Source of the DNA: an uncultured bacterium
GTDB taxonomy: Bacteria > Oederibacteriota > PGYV01 > CAWJRG01
Reading direction: 5' to 3'
Assembly (NCBI GenBank): GCA_963845185.1
Contig: CAWJRG010000005.1
Coordinates: 480,001-544,000 of the forward strand
DNA length: 64,000 nucleotides
The first letter of the stretch is position 1. Each line of letters begins with the position of its first letter. The position numbers and the translations under genes were made by a program. Positions 8,748 through 18,645 of the stretch are shown here, one piece after another. The notes beneath the pieces are model-generated. The model saw only the letters and a program-made list of their open reading frames with translations, searched no databases and was not told the origin of the DNA.

Positions 8748-10432
8748 TCCGCGTCCTCGGTTACTTTTAATACTTCCTCAATCGTAGTTATGCCTTCCTT
8801 AACCTTTTCCATGCCGTCCATGAACATTGTTTTCATCCCGTTCTGTACCGCCTTTTCCTTTATCTTTACCGACGGTGCCTTTTTGATTATAAGTTCCCTT
8901 ATATCCTCGTTGATATCCAGGAATTCGGATATCACGGTCCTGCCCCTGTATCCTGTATCGAAACAATATACACAGCCTTTACCCTTGTACAATTTATCCA
9001 TGCTATTGTTTTTAAAATATTTCTGCGAAATTTCCCTGTCTATTTCGTATTCTTCCCTGCATCTGTTGCAAATGCTCCTGACAAGCCTCTGGCTTATCAC
9101 GCCTTTTAAGGATGAAGCTATAAGGTACGGCTCGGCTCCCATGTCAAACAGCCTTGTCACGGCGCTTGAGGCGTCGTTTGTATGCACCGTGGCAAAAACC
9201 AGGTGCCCTGTAAGCGATGCCCTAAGCGCTATTTCTGTTGTCTCAAGGTCCCTTATCTCGCCTATCAGCACCACATCCGGGTCCTGTCGCAGTATCGAAC
9301 GCAAAATGTTTGCGAATGTAAGCCCTATTTCCGCGTGCACCTGTATCTGCGTTATGCCTTCTATCTCGTATTCGACCGGGTCCTCGGCTGTGGTTATATT
9401 TTTCTCACCGTTGTTTATTGCGGCAAGGGCGCTGTATAAAGTTGTTGTCTTTCCGCTCCCCGTAGGGCCTGATATTAGTATTATGCCGTTTGGTTTTAGA
9501 ATAATTTCCTTTAATTTCATAAGCACCTGTTCGGTGAATCCCAGGCTGTCCAGCCCCAGGATTATGGCGCTTTTGTCGAGTATCCTTAAAACCGCTTTTT
9601 CCCCCTTTATCGTCGGCGTTACCGCCACCCTGAAATCAATGTCCCTTCCTTCTATATTTATATGAAAGCTCCCGTCCTGCGGCATGCGGCGTTCTCCTAT
9701 GTCGAGCCGCGCCATTATTTTAATTCTCGAAATTATGGCCGGCGCCATAGCTATGGAAAACGACTGGTCTTCATTAAGTATGCCGTCTATCCTGTAAAGT
9801 ACTTTCAGTTTGTCGCTTAGCGGCAGTATGTGTATGTCGCTCGCCCTTTTAAGCAGGGCGCCCAGGATAATAAGGTTTACTGCTTTTATTACCGGCGCTT
9901 GCGTCGATACTTCCTGTATGCCTTTTATCTCAAAACCGAGTTTTTGCGTAAGCTGGTATGTTTCGTCGCTTATAGTTGATAAAAGTTTTCTTACCATGCT
10001 TGATTTAAAATGGTCCGAATATTCGTTTATTTTCCTCAATATGCCGCCGCGCGAGGCGAGTACGGGCCTGATTTTAAATTTGCTGTTTTTTTCAATCTGG
10101 TCTATTGTCATTACGTCGGTCGGGTCTGCCATGGCAATAGTCAAAACATCTTCCTTTTCTTCCAGGGGTATGATGACTTTTTGCGTGCATATTTCCTGCG
10201 ACAGCAGTATTACTGTCTCTGGTTTGGGCGCCTGTTCCGAAATATTTATGTAAGGCATGTTTAAAACTTCTGCCTCTGCCTTTAGCACAGGTTCTTCATC
10301 TATTTTGTTTTTAAGCATCATGTCTTCCACGCTGTCCTTCCCGCTGTCCGTGTATTTTTTTATTTCCGCTTCTTTAAATATCCCTTTTTTTACGAGAATT
10401 TCAGCGAATCTGGTGTTTTTTAATCCAAGCAT
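8744..10432 (-). CDS. PilB/GspE-family type IV pilus / type II secretion assembly ATPase
   Basis: ASDIH, GPTGSGKTT, EDPVEY, LRQDPDVVLIGEIRD, TGHLV and two CxxC motifs. Confidence 0.92.
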   Translation of the reverse strand: MLGLKNTRFAEILVKKGIFKEAEIKKYTDSGKDSVEDMMLKNKIDEEPVLKAEAEVLNMPYINISEQAPKPETVILLSQEICTQKVIIPLEEKEDVLTIAMADPTDVMTIDQIEKNSKFKIRPVLASRGGILRKINEYSDHFKSSMVRKLLSTISDETYQLTQKLGFEIKGIQEVSTQAPVIKAVNLIILGALLKRASDIHILPLSDKLKVLYRIDGILNEDQSFSIAMAPAIISRIKIMARLDIGERRMPQDGSFHINIEGRDIDFRVAVTPTIKGEKAVLRILDKSAIILGLDSLGFTEQVLMKLKEIILKPNGIILISGPTGSGKTTTLYSALAAINNGEKNITTAEDPVEYEIEGITQIQVHAEIGLTFANILRSILRQDPDVVLIGEIRDLETTEIALRASLTGHLVFATVHTNDASSAVTRLFDMGAEPYLIASSLKGVISQRLVRSICNRCREEYEIDREISQKYFKNNSMDKLYKGKGCVYCFDTGYRGRTVISEFLDINEDIRELIIKKAPSVKIKEKAVQNGMKTMFMDGMEKVKEGITTIEEVLKVTEDAE

Positions 10433-10447
10433 GTTCTCTCCTATATA

Positions 10448-10526
10448 TCAGCGTTCAGCGCTCAAATGCTCAATATTCAAAAGACCAGCGTTTGATTTAG
10501 CCTTGAACTTTGAACTTTTGAACCTT
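10448..10526. repeat. Degenerate heptamer tandem repeats (STRR-like) forming an imperfect inverted pair
   Basis: TCAGCGT TCAGCGC TCAAATG..TCAATAT TCAAAAG, then TTGAACT TTGAACT tTTGAACC. Confidence 0.5.
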
Positions 10527-10539
10527 GTCCTTTTCCCTC

Positions 10540-11400
10540 TTAGTCCTCGTCCTTGCTTCTTGCCGCCGCTCTTTTATCGCTGTTGATTATGTAATTGAAT
10601 TTAAGCAAATAAAGCAAAACATTGCTTTTGTTGAGCACTGTGTTGTCCGCGTGCAGGACCGTTTCGACGCCTATGATAAATGTGAAATCGTCAAAAAACC
10701 TGACGTTAAACTGCGGCGCAACTGTCAGGACATTTGAGACTACGCCGCTGTATTCATAAGCATGGTAATCCGCCTCAAGGACAAAATCAACTTTCTGTTT
10801 TTCCTCTTCATCGGAAAAATTCGCTCCTATTGCCGCGGACAGGTCCACTTCGCCGTTATAGCCGGCTTTGAATTCCAGGCACTGTTCCGCGACTGCCTGG
10901 TAAGAATAAAAAAACCATTTTATGTAATCCTGCTTGAGTATTCCGAGCACGGCGTTGAACTTGTTGTTGTCGTAAATAAACCGGCCGTTGTCCATGACTT
11001 TGTTCTGTATGGGCAGCCGCACCCCGTATATCAGCCCCGGGCCGTTATAATTGAATTTTTCGACAAGAACGGAAAAAAGGTGCGGGTTGTTGTAATCTAC
11101 CGGCGCAGCCGGCTCCTGCAATTCCTGAAAAATGTAAAGCAGGTTGAAGTTTAAAACCGTATTTACGTCTGCCGCGTACCTCAACCCGAAATTCTGGCTT
11201 AACCCGCTGAGCATGTCCACCTGCCCTGTGCTGGGGTCGTTGCTGTAAGGGTATTTATAGTCATACTCGAAATACTTTTCCTTGTAATAAGCCTGAAACT
11301 TGCCATAGTCGAGCCTGTCCCCGCCGTAATAATAAAATGTATCAGCTTTTATTGCTGTAAAAACAGCCGCAGCTGCCAGCGCGATAAGAATTTTTTTCAT
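10540..11400 (-). CDS. Hypothetical exported protein, probable outer-membrane beta-barrel
   Basis: Signal peptide and aromatic-rich amphipathic strands. Confidence 0.6.
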   Translation of the reverse strand: MKKILIALAAAAVFTAIKADTFYYYGGDRLDYGKFQAYYKEKYFEYDYKYPYSNDPSTGQVDMLSGLSQNFGLRYAADVNTVLNFNLLYIFQELQEPAAPVDYNNPHLFSVLVEKFNYNGPGLIYGVRLPIQNKVMDNGRFIYDNNKFNAVLGILKQDYIKWFFYSYQAVAEQCLEFKAGYNGEVDLSAAIGANFSDEEEKQKVDFVLEADYHAYEYSGVVSNVLTVAPQFNVRFFDDFTFIIGVETVLHADNTVLNKSNVLLYLLKFNYIINSDKRAAARSKDED

Positions 11401-11403
11401 GGT

Positions 11404-12426
11404 TTAATTATGGTTCCTTTTTTTGTTTCTTAACTTCGCCTTTACATGATGGGTGAAATCCTCGGAAAAAACATGCGAGCCGTCCGCCTTAACCACAAAA
11501 AACATGTAATCCGTCACAGCAGGCTTTAGCGCGGCAGCCATGCTTTTTATTCCCGGGTTGCATATCGGAGCCGGCGGCAGGCCCCGGTGCCTGTAAGTGT
11601 TGCATTTCGAATTAAACTGCAAATCATCCAGGGTCAGCGGGTCGTGTTTTTTATTCATGGCGTATCTTACGGTCGCGCAGGATTCCAGCCTCATGTTTGC
11701 CCGCAGCCTGTTATAAAAAACCGAAGCTATAATTTCGCGTTCCGCGTCGAACTTGGCTTCTTTTTCCACGATTGACGCCATTTTTAAAATATCGTATCCC
11801 GTAAAATCCTTGCCGTCCTGTGAATATGACTTGTTTGGTTTTATCAACGATCTCTCGATAAACCTCTGGTACATAGTCCCGATGATTTTTTCATCGGTCT
11901 CGCCCCTGATAAAATTATAAGTGTCGGGGAACAAAAATCCTTCCGCGGTCCCGTATTTTATCCCTATTTTATCAAGGAAAGCCCTGTCTTTTACAAGCGC
12001 CAGGAATTTATTCCCGTCCATAAGTTTTTGCCCCTCCAGAAGAGCGGCTATATCGTATATGTCCGACCCTTCGGGTATGGTTATCTCGTGCTTCAACACG
12101 TCGCCTTTAATCATTTTTGCCGCCACGCCTGCCATATTCTCGTTTTCGGCGAATTCGTATTCGCCTGCCCTTAATTTTTTGTACTTCGCGCCCGCGAACA
12201 GATACGCGTCAAAAATAAATTTGTTTCTCACCACTCCTTCGCTGCCCAGCATCCTAGATACTTTCTTAAAACCCGTGCCGTAATTGATGTAAACCTGCCT
12301 TTTATCCCCCGGGGAAAGCGACCACGGCAAATAAACAGAAAACACGCATCCTAAAGCAAGGGTAAATACCGCAATGCCGAGGAGACTTATGTTGTTTTTA
12401 AAATTAAAAAAGCTGTTTTTACTCAC
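11404..12426 (-). CDS. mltG: Endolytic transglycosylase MltG (start probably GTG at 12426)
   Basis: TIPEG, EGFLFPDTY, ASIVEKEA, GLPPAPICNPG; follows ruvX. Confidence 0.93.
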   Translation of the reverse strand: MSKNSFFNFKNNISLLGIAVFTLALGCVFSVYLPWSLSPGDKRQVYINYGTGFKKVSRMLGSEGVVRNKFIFDAYLFAGAKYKKLRAGEYEFAENENMAGVAAKMIKGDVLKHEITIPEGSDIYDIAALLEGQKLMDGNKFLALVKDRAFLDKIGIKYGTAEGFLFPDTYNFIRGETDEKIIGTMYQRFIERSLIKPNKSYSQDGKDFTGYDILKMASIVEKEAKFDAEREIIASVFYNRLRANMRLESCATVRYAMNKKHDPLTLDDLQFNSKCNTYRHRGLPPAPICNPGIKSMAAALKPAVTDYMFFVVKADGSHVFSEDFTHHVKAKLRNKKRNHN

Positions 12427-12850
12427 TTTTCGCCTTCCTGGAATTGTTGTAAAAATCAAGGTAATTTTGTAGTATTAATGCCGCACTGATTTTATCTATT
12501 ATGCCTTTCCTTTTTTCCCGGCGGACGTCGCCTTTTATGAGCAGTTTTTCAGCCTGCATTGAGGTCAGCCTCTCGTCCCAGAATATAACATCCGTACAGC
12601 CCGTGTTTATTTTCAGCCCTTCCCCGAATTCGTTTACTGCCGTGGTTTTTTCTCCCGGCGTCCCGTCCATGTTGATAGGGTTGCCTATTACAAGCCTTGC
12701 CGGAGAATATTTGGCAAAGAGTTTTTTTATTTCCTCAAACAGATTGCCGTCGTTGCTTATATAGCCTATCGGGCTTGCTATCAACGGCATCTCGTCGCTT
12801 ATTGCGACGCCTATCCGCTTTGTCCCGAAATCAAAAGCCATTATCCTCAT
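12419..12850 (-). CDS. ruvX: Holliday junction resolvase-like / pre-16S rRNA nuclease YqgF
   Basis: AFDFGTKRIGVAISD, WDERLTS, IDKISAALILQ; alaS-ruvX-mltG synteny. Confidence 0.95.
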   Translation of the reverse strand: MRIMAFDFGTKRIGVAISDEMPLIASPIGYISNDGNLFEEIKKLFAKYSPARLVIGNPINMDGTPGEKTTAVNEFGEGLKINTGCTDVIFWDERLTSMQAEKLLIKGDVRREKRKGIIDKISAALILQNYLDFYNNSRKAKSE

Positions 12851-12853
12851 AAA

Positions 12854-15481
12854 TCAGGTCTTTGCCTTTATAAGGGAAGGCAGCTGCTTTAAAGCCGCGT
12901 CCAGTTTCGACACGTTTTTGCCGCCTGCCTCTGCCAGGTCTTTCCTGCCTCCGCCGCCGCCCTCGCATACGGACGCTATTTCCTTCACTATCTTTGACGC
13001 GTCTATCCTGTCAATCAGGTCGTTTGTGACCCCGCACAAAAAACTCACCCTGTCGTCCTTCACCACCGATATAAAAACGACTCCTTTTTTAAGCTTTGAT
13101 TTCAGTATATCTGCCAGCTCGCGTGTAACCTTGCTGTCTATGTTTTCAAATTTCAGGTTCACGAGCTTTACCCCGTCCACTTCCTCGGCTTTGGAAACAA
13201 ATGAGTCAGCCTCCCTGAGTATATTGTTCTTGCTTATCTCGCCGATTTTCTTTTCCAGGTTTTTAAAATCCGAAAACATCTTTTCCACCCGGTCTTTCAG
13301 TTCAGAGACCTCTCCGAGCTTGAACATTTCTTTTAAATGCCCGATGAAATCCTCATGCTGAACAGTGAGGTTGTAGGCGTTTTCCCCGGTCAAAGCCTCT
13401 ATCCTCCTGATTCCTGCCGCTGTCGAGCCCGATGATATAATCTTAAAAAGACCAATCTCTCCTATGTTTTTCAAGTGCGTGCCCGCGCACAGTTCTTTTG
13501 AAATATCATCCACGCTGATAACCCTTACCCTGCCCTTGTATTTTTCCTCAAAAAGCGCCATTGCGCCTGTCTGCTTTGCCTCTTCCACGTTCATGACTTT
13601 TACGTTCACAGGCAGGCTTTCCTGCACCCATTTATTGACCGTATGCTCTATGTCCCTGATTTCAGGCCCGCTTATTGCCGCAAAGTGCGTGAAGTCAAAC
13701 CTTAGCCTGTCCGGCCCAACGTAAGAGCCTGCCTGCTCCACGTGCTGGCCAAGGATGCCCCGCAGCGCTGCCTGAAGCAAATGCGTGCCTGTATGGTTTT
13801 TCATTATTGCCTTTCTTCTTTCCTTGTCCACCTCGCCCTTTACCGTATCCTGCTTGCTTATTTTTCCTTTTACGATTTTCGCCCTGTGCAAAAATATATC
13901 CTCTGCTTTTTGCGTGTCAATTATTTCAACCCTGGCATTTTCATTTGAAAAATACCCTGTGTCGCCAATCTGACCGCCTGACTCGCCGTAAAAAGGCGTT
14001 TTATCCAGCACTATGAAAACCTCCTGGCCTTCATTTGCCTCGTTTATCTCTTTTGAGTCTTTTACTATTGCCAGCACTTTGCATTTATCCTCGCTGAAAA
14101 CCTCATAGCCCGTGAATTCGGTTTTTGCCAGCCTGTTTATCAGTTCTTCCGGGATAAACTTCATGGCCTCAACATTCACGCCCTGCCATGCTTTTTTTGC
14201 CTGTTCCCTCTGCCTTTCCATAAATTCATTGAATTTATCCATGTCAAGCTTGAGCCCGGCTTCAGTTAAAATCTCTTCTGTGATTTCAACAGGGAATCCG
14301 AAAGTATCATAAAGCTTGAACGCTGTTTCCCCCGGAAATGCGCCTGCTCCTGCGTTTTTCAGTTTCTTTATCTCCTCGTCGAGTATTGCTATGCCTTTAT
14401 CCATTGTTTCCTGGAACTTGTCTTCCTCGGTCTTGATTATCTGGGTTATGTACTCCTTGCGCCGGACAAGCTCAGGGTATCCGTCTGCCATGGCTTTTAC
14501 CACCACCGGAACTACCTTGTATAAAAAGGTTTCGTCAAGCCCGAGCAGCCTTCCGTGCCTTACCGCCCTCCTGATAAGCCTCCTTAACACGTACCCCCTG
14601 CCTTCGTTTGACGGCAAAATGCCGTCGCCGGTAAGAAAGACAACCAACCTTGCGTGGTCCGCGACGACGCGCAGTGAAACGTCGGACTTTTTTTCTTTTT
14701 TGTACGCGACGCCTGATTTGTCTGACACGTCTTTTATAATCGGCATGAAAAGGTCGGTTTCAAAGTTGGAATAAACCCTCTGCGACACGGCTGCCAGGCG
14801 CTCAAGCCCCATGCCTGTGTCTATGTTTTTCTGTTTTAATTCGGACATTGTGCCGTCCTCTTTTTTGTCGAACTGCGTGAACACAAGGTTCCATACCTCC
14901 AGGAACCTGTCGTCGTTATTTTCTATGTCGTGCGCCGTAACTTTTGCGGTCTCGCCTCCCTCAAGGTCAAAATATATCTCGGAGCAGTACCCGCACGGCC
15001 CTACCGGCCCCATTTCCCAGAAATTCGTGGCTTTTCCCAGCCTGAAAATCCTGTCTTCGGGTATTTTCATTTTGTTTTTCCAGATTCCCGCGGCCTCGTC
15101 GTCGTCCTTGTAAATCGTGATGTACAGCTTGTCTTTCGGCAGCTTTACTACATCGGTGAGAAATTCCCATGCCCATCTTATCGCGTCTTCCTTGAAATAA
15201 TCCCCGAAGGAAAAATTGCCGAGCATTTCAAAAAACGTGTGGTGCCTGCGCGTCTTACCCACCTGCTCTATGTCGTTTGTCCTGATGCATTTCTGGGACG
15301 ACGCAGCCCTCGTGTAAGGAAGCGTCACTTTCCCCTGAAAATAATCCTTGAAAGGCACCATGCCCGCGACTGTAAAAAGCAGGCTCGGGTCTGACGGGAT
15401 TAAAGAGGCGCTCGGCCGTATCGTATGGCCGCGCTCCTCGAAAAATCCCAGGAATAACTTCCTGAGTTCATTGCTGTTCAA
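12854..15481 (-). CDS. alaS: Alanine--tRNA ligase
   Basis: HHTFFEMLGNFSFGDYFK, IDTGMGLER, editing HxxxH and ELCAGTH, GGGGG C-terminus. Confidence 0.99.
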   Translation of the reverse strand: MNSNELRKLFLGFFEERGHTIRPSASLIPSDPSLLFTVAGMVPFKDYFQGKVTLPYTRAASSQKCIRTNDIEQVGKTRRHHTFFEMLGNFSFGDYFKEDAIRWAWEFLTDVVKLPKDKLYITIYKDDDEAAGIWKNKMKIPEDRIFRLGKATNFWEMGPVGPCGYCSEIYFDLEGGETAKVTAHDIENNDDRFLEVWNLVFTQFDKKEDGTMSELKQKNIDTGMGLERLAAVSQRVYSNFETDLFMPIIKDVSDKSGVAYKKEKKSDVSLRVVADHARLVVFLTGDGILPSNEGRGYVLRRLIRRAVRHGRLLGLDETFLYKVVPVVVKAMADGYPELVRRKEYITQIIKTEEDKFQETMDKGIAILDEEIKKLKNAGAGAFPGETAFKLYDTFGFPVEITEEILTEAGLKLDMDKFNEFMERQREQAKKAWQGVNVEAMKFIPEELINRLAKTEFTGYEVFSEDKCKVLAIVKDSKEINEANEGQEVFIVLDKTPFYGESGGQIGDTGYFSNENARVEIIDTQKAEDIFLHRAKIVKGKISKQDTVKGEVDKERRKAIMKNHTGTHLLQAALRGILGQHVEQAGSYVGPDRLRFDFTHFAAISGPEIRDIEHTVNKWVQESLPVNVKVMNVEEAKQTGAMALFEEKYKGRVRVISVDDISKELCAGTHLKNIGEIGLFKIISSGSTAAGIRRIEALTGENAYNLTVQHEDFIGHLKEMFKLGEVSELKDRVEKMFSDFKNLEKKIGEISKNNILREADSFVSKAEEVDGVKLVNLKFENIDSKVTRELADILKSKLKKGVVFISVVKDDRVSFLCGVTNDLIDRIDASKIVKEIASVCEGGGGGRKDLAEAGGKNVSKLDAALKQLPSLIKAKT

Positions 15482-15941
15482 TTAAATTTCCTCCTGAGTA
15501 TTCATTTAAAATTTTTTCAACTGAGTCGTAGGAAAAACCGCGCGACATGAGGCTCCTGTAAATAAATTTTTTTGCCTCTTCCTCGGTTTTTCCCTTTATT
15601 TTGTAGAGTTTTTTCAGGATATATTTTCTTGCCGTATCAGTCTCGTCTATGTTTTTAATTTGCTGTTCAAAATCATCCTGTTTAATGCCTTTTTGTTTCA
15701 ACTTCTTCATTATTATATATTTGCCCCAGGGCCTGTCTTCTGAATATTTTTTCACAAGCCTGGCGGCATAGGTTTTATTGTCAATGAAACCGTGCTCTTT
15801 CAGGTATTTTAATGTTTTTTCCGCGGCATCCCTGCTGTATCCTCTGTCCGCCAGTTTCTCAAGAAGTTCTTTTTCTGAAAAATCCTTTATTTTAAGGATT
15901 TTCAGCATGTATTTCCTTGCTTTTTCAAGCTCATTTTCCAT
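15468..15941 (-). CDS. recX: Regulatory protein RecX
   Basis: SEKELLEKL, GFIDNKTYA, LKQKGI, LMSRGFSYD; lies upstream of alaS. Confidence 0.85.
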   Translation of the reverse strand: MENELEKARKYMLKILKIKDFSEKELLEKLADRGYSRDAAEKTLKYLKEHGFIDNKTYAARLVKKYSEDRPWGKYIIMKKLKQKGIKQDDFEQQIKNIDETDTARKYILKKLYKIKGKTEEEAKKFIYRSLMSRGFSYDSVEKILNEYSGGNLIEQQ

Positions 15942-15949
15942 ACTAAATG

Positions 15950-15978
15950 ATTATAAAGTATTTACACTCAAAAGTCAA
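15950..15978 (-). promoter_or_regulatory. Sigma70 promoter for recX-alaS operon, probably leaderless
   Basis: TTGACT-N17-TATAAT; only 8 nt separate the -10 box from the recX ATG and there is no SD. Confidence 0.7.
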
Positions 15979-16004
15979 AGGTCAAATTCCATGCAATTTC
16001 CCCC

Positions 16005-16113
16005 TGTTAATTACTGCTGCAAAATTCGGAGCATGAGGACCAGGTATTTCGGAGCAAAAGGACCAGTCGTTTCGGCCGAAAAGGACCAGACATTTCGGTC
16101 CAAAAGGACCAAC
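16005..16113 (+). repeat. IS21 left end with four IstA-binding repeats
   Basis: TTCGG(N)AGGACCA units with TTCGG at 16025, 16048, 16071 and 16094 (23-bp period). Confidence 0.9.
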
Positions 16114-16212
16114 TTATCCACTTATTTCAGGATACTATAACGCAGCCTGAAATCCAAGCATAATCCTCAAAAACTGCCATACTGTGCCATTCTAAAATTA
16201 GGAGGCACACAG

Positions 16213-17796
16213 ATGGCACAAAAGAGGTTATGCATGAGAAAAAGCAAAGAGATTTTGAGGTTGAAGTACGAGTTAGGCAAGACAGAAAGAGAAATACGGG
16301 ACATATGCGGGCTGAAAAGCAAGACAACGGTCCACAGGTGCCTTGAAAGAGCCGGGAAGGCGGGTATAACATGGCCGTTGCCCGAAGGCATGACCGAGGA
16401 CGTGCTGGAGGCACAACTGTTTCCGGCCATACAGCCTTGCAAGGAATTCAAAAAAATCGCAATAGATTGCGCGCATGTTCACGAACAGATGCAGATGGAT
16501 AACGTAACCAAAAAACTCATTTGGGAAGAATATGTCGAATCAAATCCAAACAACCACTATGGATATACTCAATTCTGCCAATATTACAACAGATGGACAA
16601 ATAACCTGAATTTCAGCATGAAACAGGTATATAAGGCCGGGGAAAAAGTATTTGTGGATTTTGGCAGCGGGTTATCCGTAATCGATAAAGAGACCGGCGA
16701 GATAATGAAGACGCATGTGTTTGTAGCAGTGCTCGGTGCGTCAAAATATTCGTATGCGGAAGCGGTATTTAACCAGGACCTGCCGTCATGGATATTGGTA
16801 AACAGACATATGCTTGAATTTTTTGGATGCGTACCTCAGGTAATAATCCCGGATAATTTGAAGGCGGCAGTAGATAAAGCTGATTGGTATGAGCCGTTTA
16901 TTAACCGGTCATACGAAGAATTTGCCGGACATTACGGGACAAATATATTTCCAACAAGGCCCAGACAGCCCAGGGATAAAGCTCTTGTAGAAAATGGCGT
17001 CAGACTGGTCAAGCGGTGGATTCTGGCTAGGCTGCGGAACAGGATGTTTTTCAGTCTCGCAGAGTTAAATGCGGCAATACGCGAACTGCTTGAGAAGTTT
17101 AACGACAACATAATGAAAAAAGTCGGTAAATCAAGGAGAGAACTATTCCTCACGTTGGACAAACCCAATATGAATCCCCTGCCTGAACATCCTTTTGAAT
17201 ATGCGGAATGGAAAAAAGCCAGAGTTGGTTGTGATTACCACATATCTTTTGGGAAGCACATGTATTCCGTGCCGCATTATTTGAAAGGCAGCGAAATAGA
17301 CATAAGAGCGACAAGTTCAATCGTAGAAGTATATTTAAAGGGCAACCGGATATGCTCGCACAAAAGAAGTCACAAAGAACATGATTTTACCACGGTAAAA
17401 GAGCATATGCCGGAAAGACATCAGGCAGTAGCCGGTATAACCCCGCAAAGCCTATTGGATTGGGCTGAAAAAACCGGGCCCAATGTCCTAAGAATGGTAC
17501 AGACTAAACTCGATTCAAAAATGTTTTATGAACAGTCATACAGGAGCTGCCTTGGAATATTGAACCTTGCCCGTAAGTACGGGAATGAGCGCCTGGATAA
17601 GGCGTGTAAACGTGCCTTGCACTTCGGCACTATGTCCTACCCTAAAGTTTCAAGTATTTTAGAACAAAAACTTGAAGATCAGGAATATGAAAAGTTGTAT
17701 ATAACAAGGCCTCACTTGAACCACGAAAATATCCGCGGCGGTCAGGAATTTGCAGACAGACTTCTTGAAAAACAAAAAACGGAGGAAATACAATGA
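16213..17796 (+). CDS. istA: IS21 DDE transposase
   Basis: GEKVFVDF, PDNLKAAV, PRDKALVENGV, YSVP, HENIRG. Confidence 0.97.
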   Translation: MAQKRLCMRKSKEILRLKYELGKTEREIRDICGLKSKTTVHRCLERAGKAGITWPLPEGMTEDVLEAQLFPAIQPCKEFKKIAIDCAHVHEQMQMDNVTKKLIWEEYVESNPNNHYGYTQFCQYYNRWTNNLNFSMKQVYKAGEKVFVDFGSGLSVIDKETGEIMKTHVFVAVLGASKYSYAEAVFNQDLPSWILVNRHMLEFFGCVPQVIIPDNLKAAVDKADWYEPFINRSYEEFAGHYGTNIFPTRPRQPRDKALVENGVRLVKRWILARLRNRMFFSLAELNAAIRELLEKFNDNIMKKVGKSRRELFLTLDKPNMNPLPEHPFEYAEWKKARVGCDYHISFGKHMYSVPHYLKGSEIDIRATSSIVEVYLKGNRICSHKRSHKEHDFTTVKEHMPERHQAVAGITPQSLLDWAEKTGPNVLRMVQTKLDSKMFYEQSYRSCLGILNLARKYGNERLDKACKRALHFGTMSYPKVSSILEQKLEDQEYEKLYITRPHLNHENIRGGQEFADRLLEKQKTEEIQ

Positions 17797-18533
17797 GCAT
17801 AGAACAGACAATAGACAAGCTTATTGAAATGAAGTTGACAGGTATGTCACAGTCCTACAAAGAAAGAAGGATAAAACCGGATCACAAAGACCTCTCGTTT
17901 GACGAGTTTTTTGGGCTTGTGGTAGATGACGAGCACATATACAGAAAAAACAAACGACTTAAAAAACTTTTAAAAAAAGCCAAATTTAAATTCGCTTCTG
18001 CCTGCCTTGAAGATATTGATTACAGGCAGCAAAGAGGCATGCTAAAAACGCAGGTGGTAAATCTTCAAAATCCATCGTGGCTGGAAAATCACCAGAATAT
18101 TCTCATTACTGGCCCTACAGGCATCGGAAAAACATATCTTGCCTGCGCGTTTGGTACCTGGGCATGTAGAAATGGCTTTACAGTCTATTATTCCCGCTGG
18201 TCAAGGCTTCTCGCTGATATACACGCTTCCCGCAGCGATGAGAGTTATCTTAAGTATCTTCGAAAACTCGCTAAGATAGATTTGCTTATAATCGATGATT
18301 TTGGAATGAATTCTCTTTCCGAGAATAACAGAGATGATTTTTTTGAAATTATTGAAGAAAGGTACTTGATCGGCTCTACTATTATTACAAGCCAGTTGCC
18401 TATCAAAAATTGGCACGAATTCATGGGCGAGGCTACAATCGCAGACGCAGTAATGGACAGGCTTCTTCAGGTTTCGTATAGATTCGAACTAAAAGGAGCT
18501 TCCATGCGGAAACAACAAAAAAACATCGAATAA
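17793..18533 (+). CDS. istB: IS21 helper AAA+ ATPase
   Basis: GPTGIGKT, LLIIDDFG, TSQLP..WH, ADAVMDRL; ATGA overlap with istA. Confidence 0.97.
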   Translation: MSIEQTIDKLIEMKLTGMSQSYKERRIKPDHKDLSFDEFFGLVVDDEHIYRKNKRLKKLLKKAKFKFASACLEDIDYRQQRGMLKTQVVNLQNPSWLENHQNILITGPTGIGKTYLACAFGTWACRNGFTVYYSRWSRLLADIHASRSDESYLKYLRKLAKIDLLIIDDFGMNSLSENNRDDFFEIIEERYLIGSTIITSQLPIKNWHEFMGEATIADAVMDRLLQVSYRFELKGASMRKQQKNIE

Positions 18534-18645
18534 AGCATTTGGTTTTATCGGCGGTTATTAAAATCTTGATAAGCGCAAATGAAAGTAATATAATAATATT
18601 ACTGAATTAGTTGTTTATTTTAAATAAAATCGCGAGGTGTTCAGA

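Noticed and set aside
16021..16113. 23-bp periodic repeats as a mini-CRISPR or iterons
   Set aside because: There are no unique spacers and no cas or rep gene; inverted copies at 22688-22752 identify them as IS21 end repeats.
18584..18603. Palindrome AGTAATA-N6-TATTACT upstream of nikR as an autoregulatory NikR site
   Set aside because: Spacing and half-site differ from the operator at 19131, and it is very AT-rich, so it cannot be supported.
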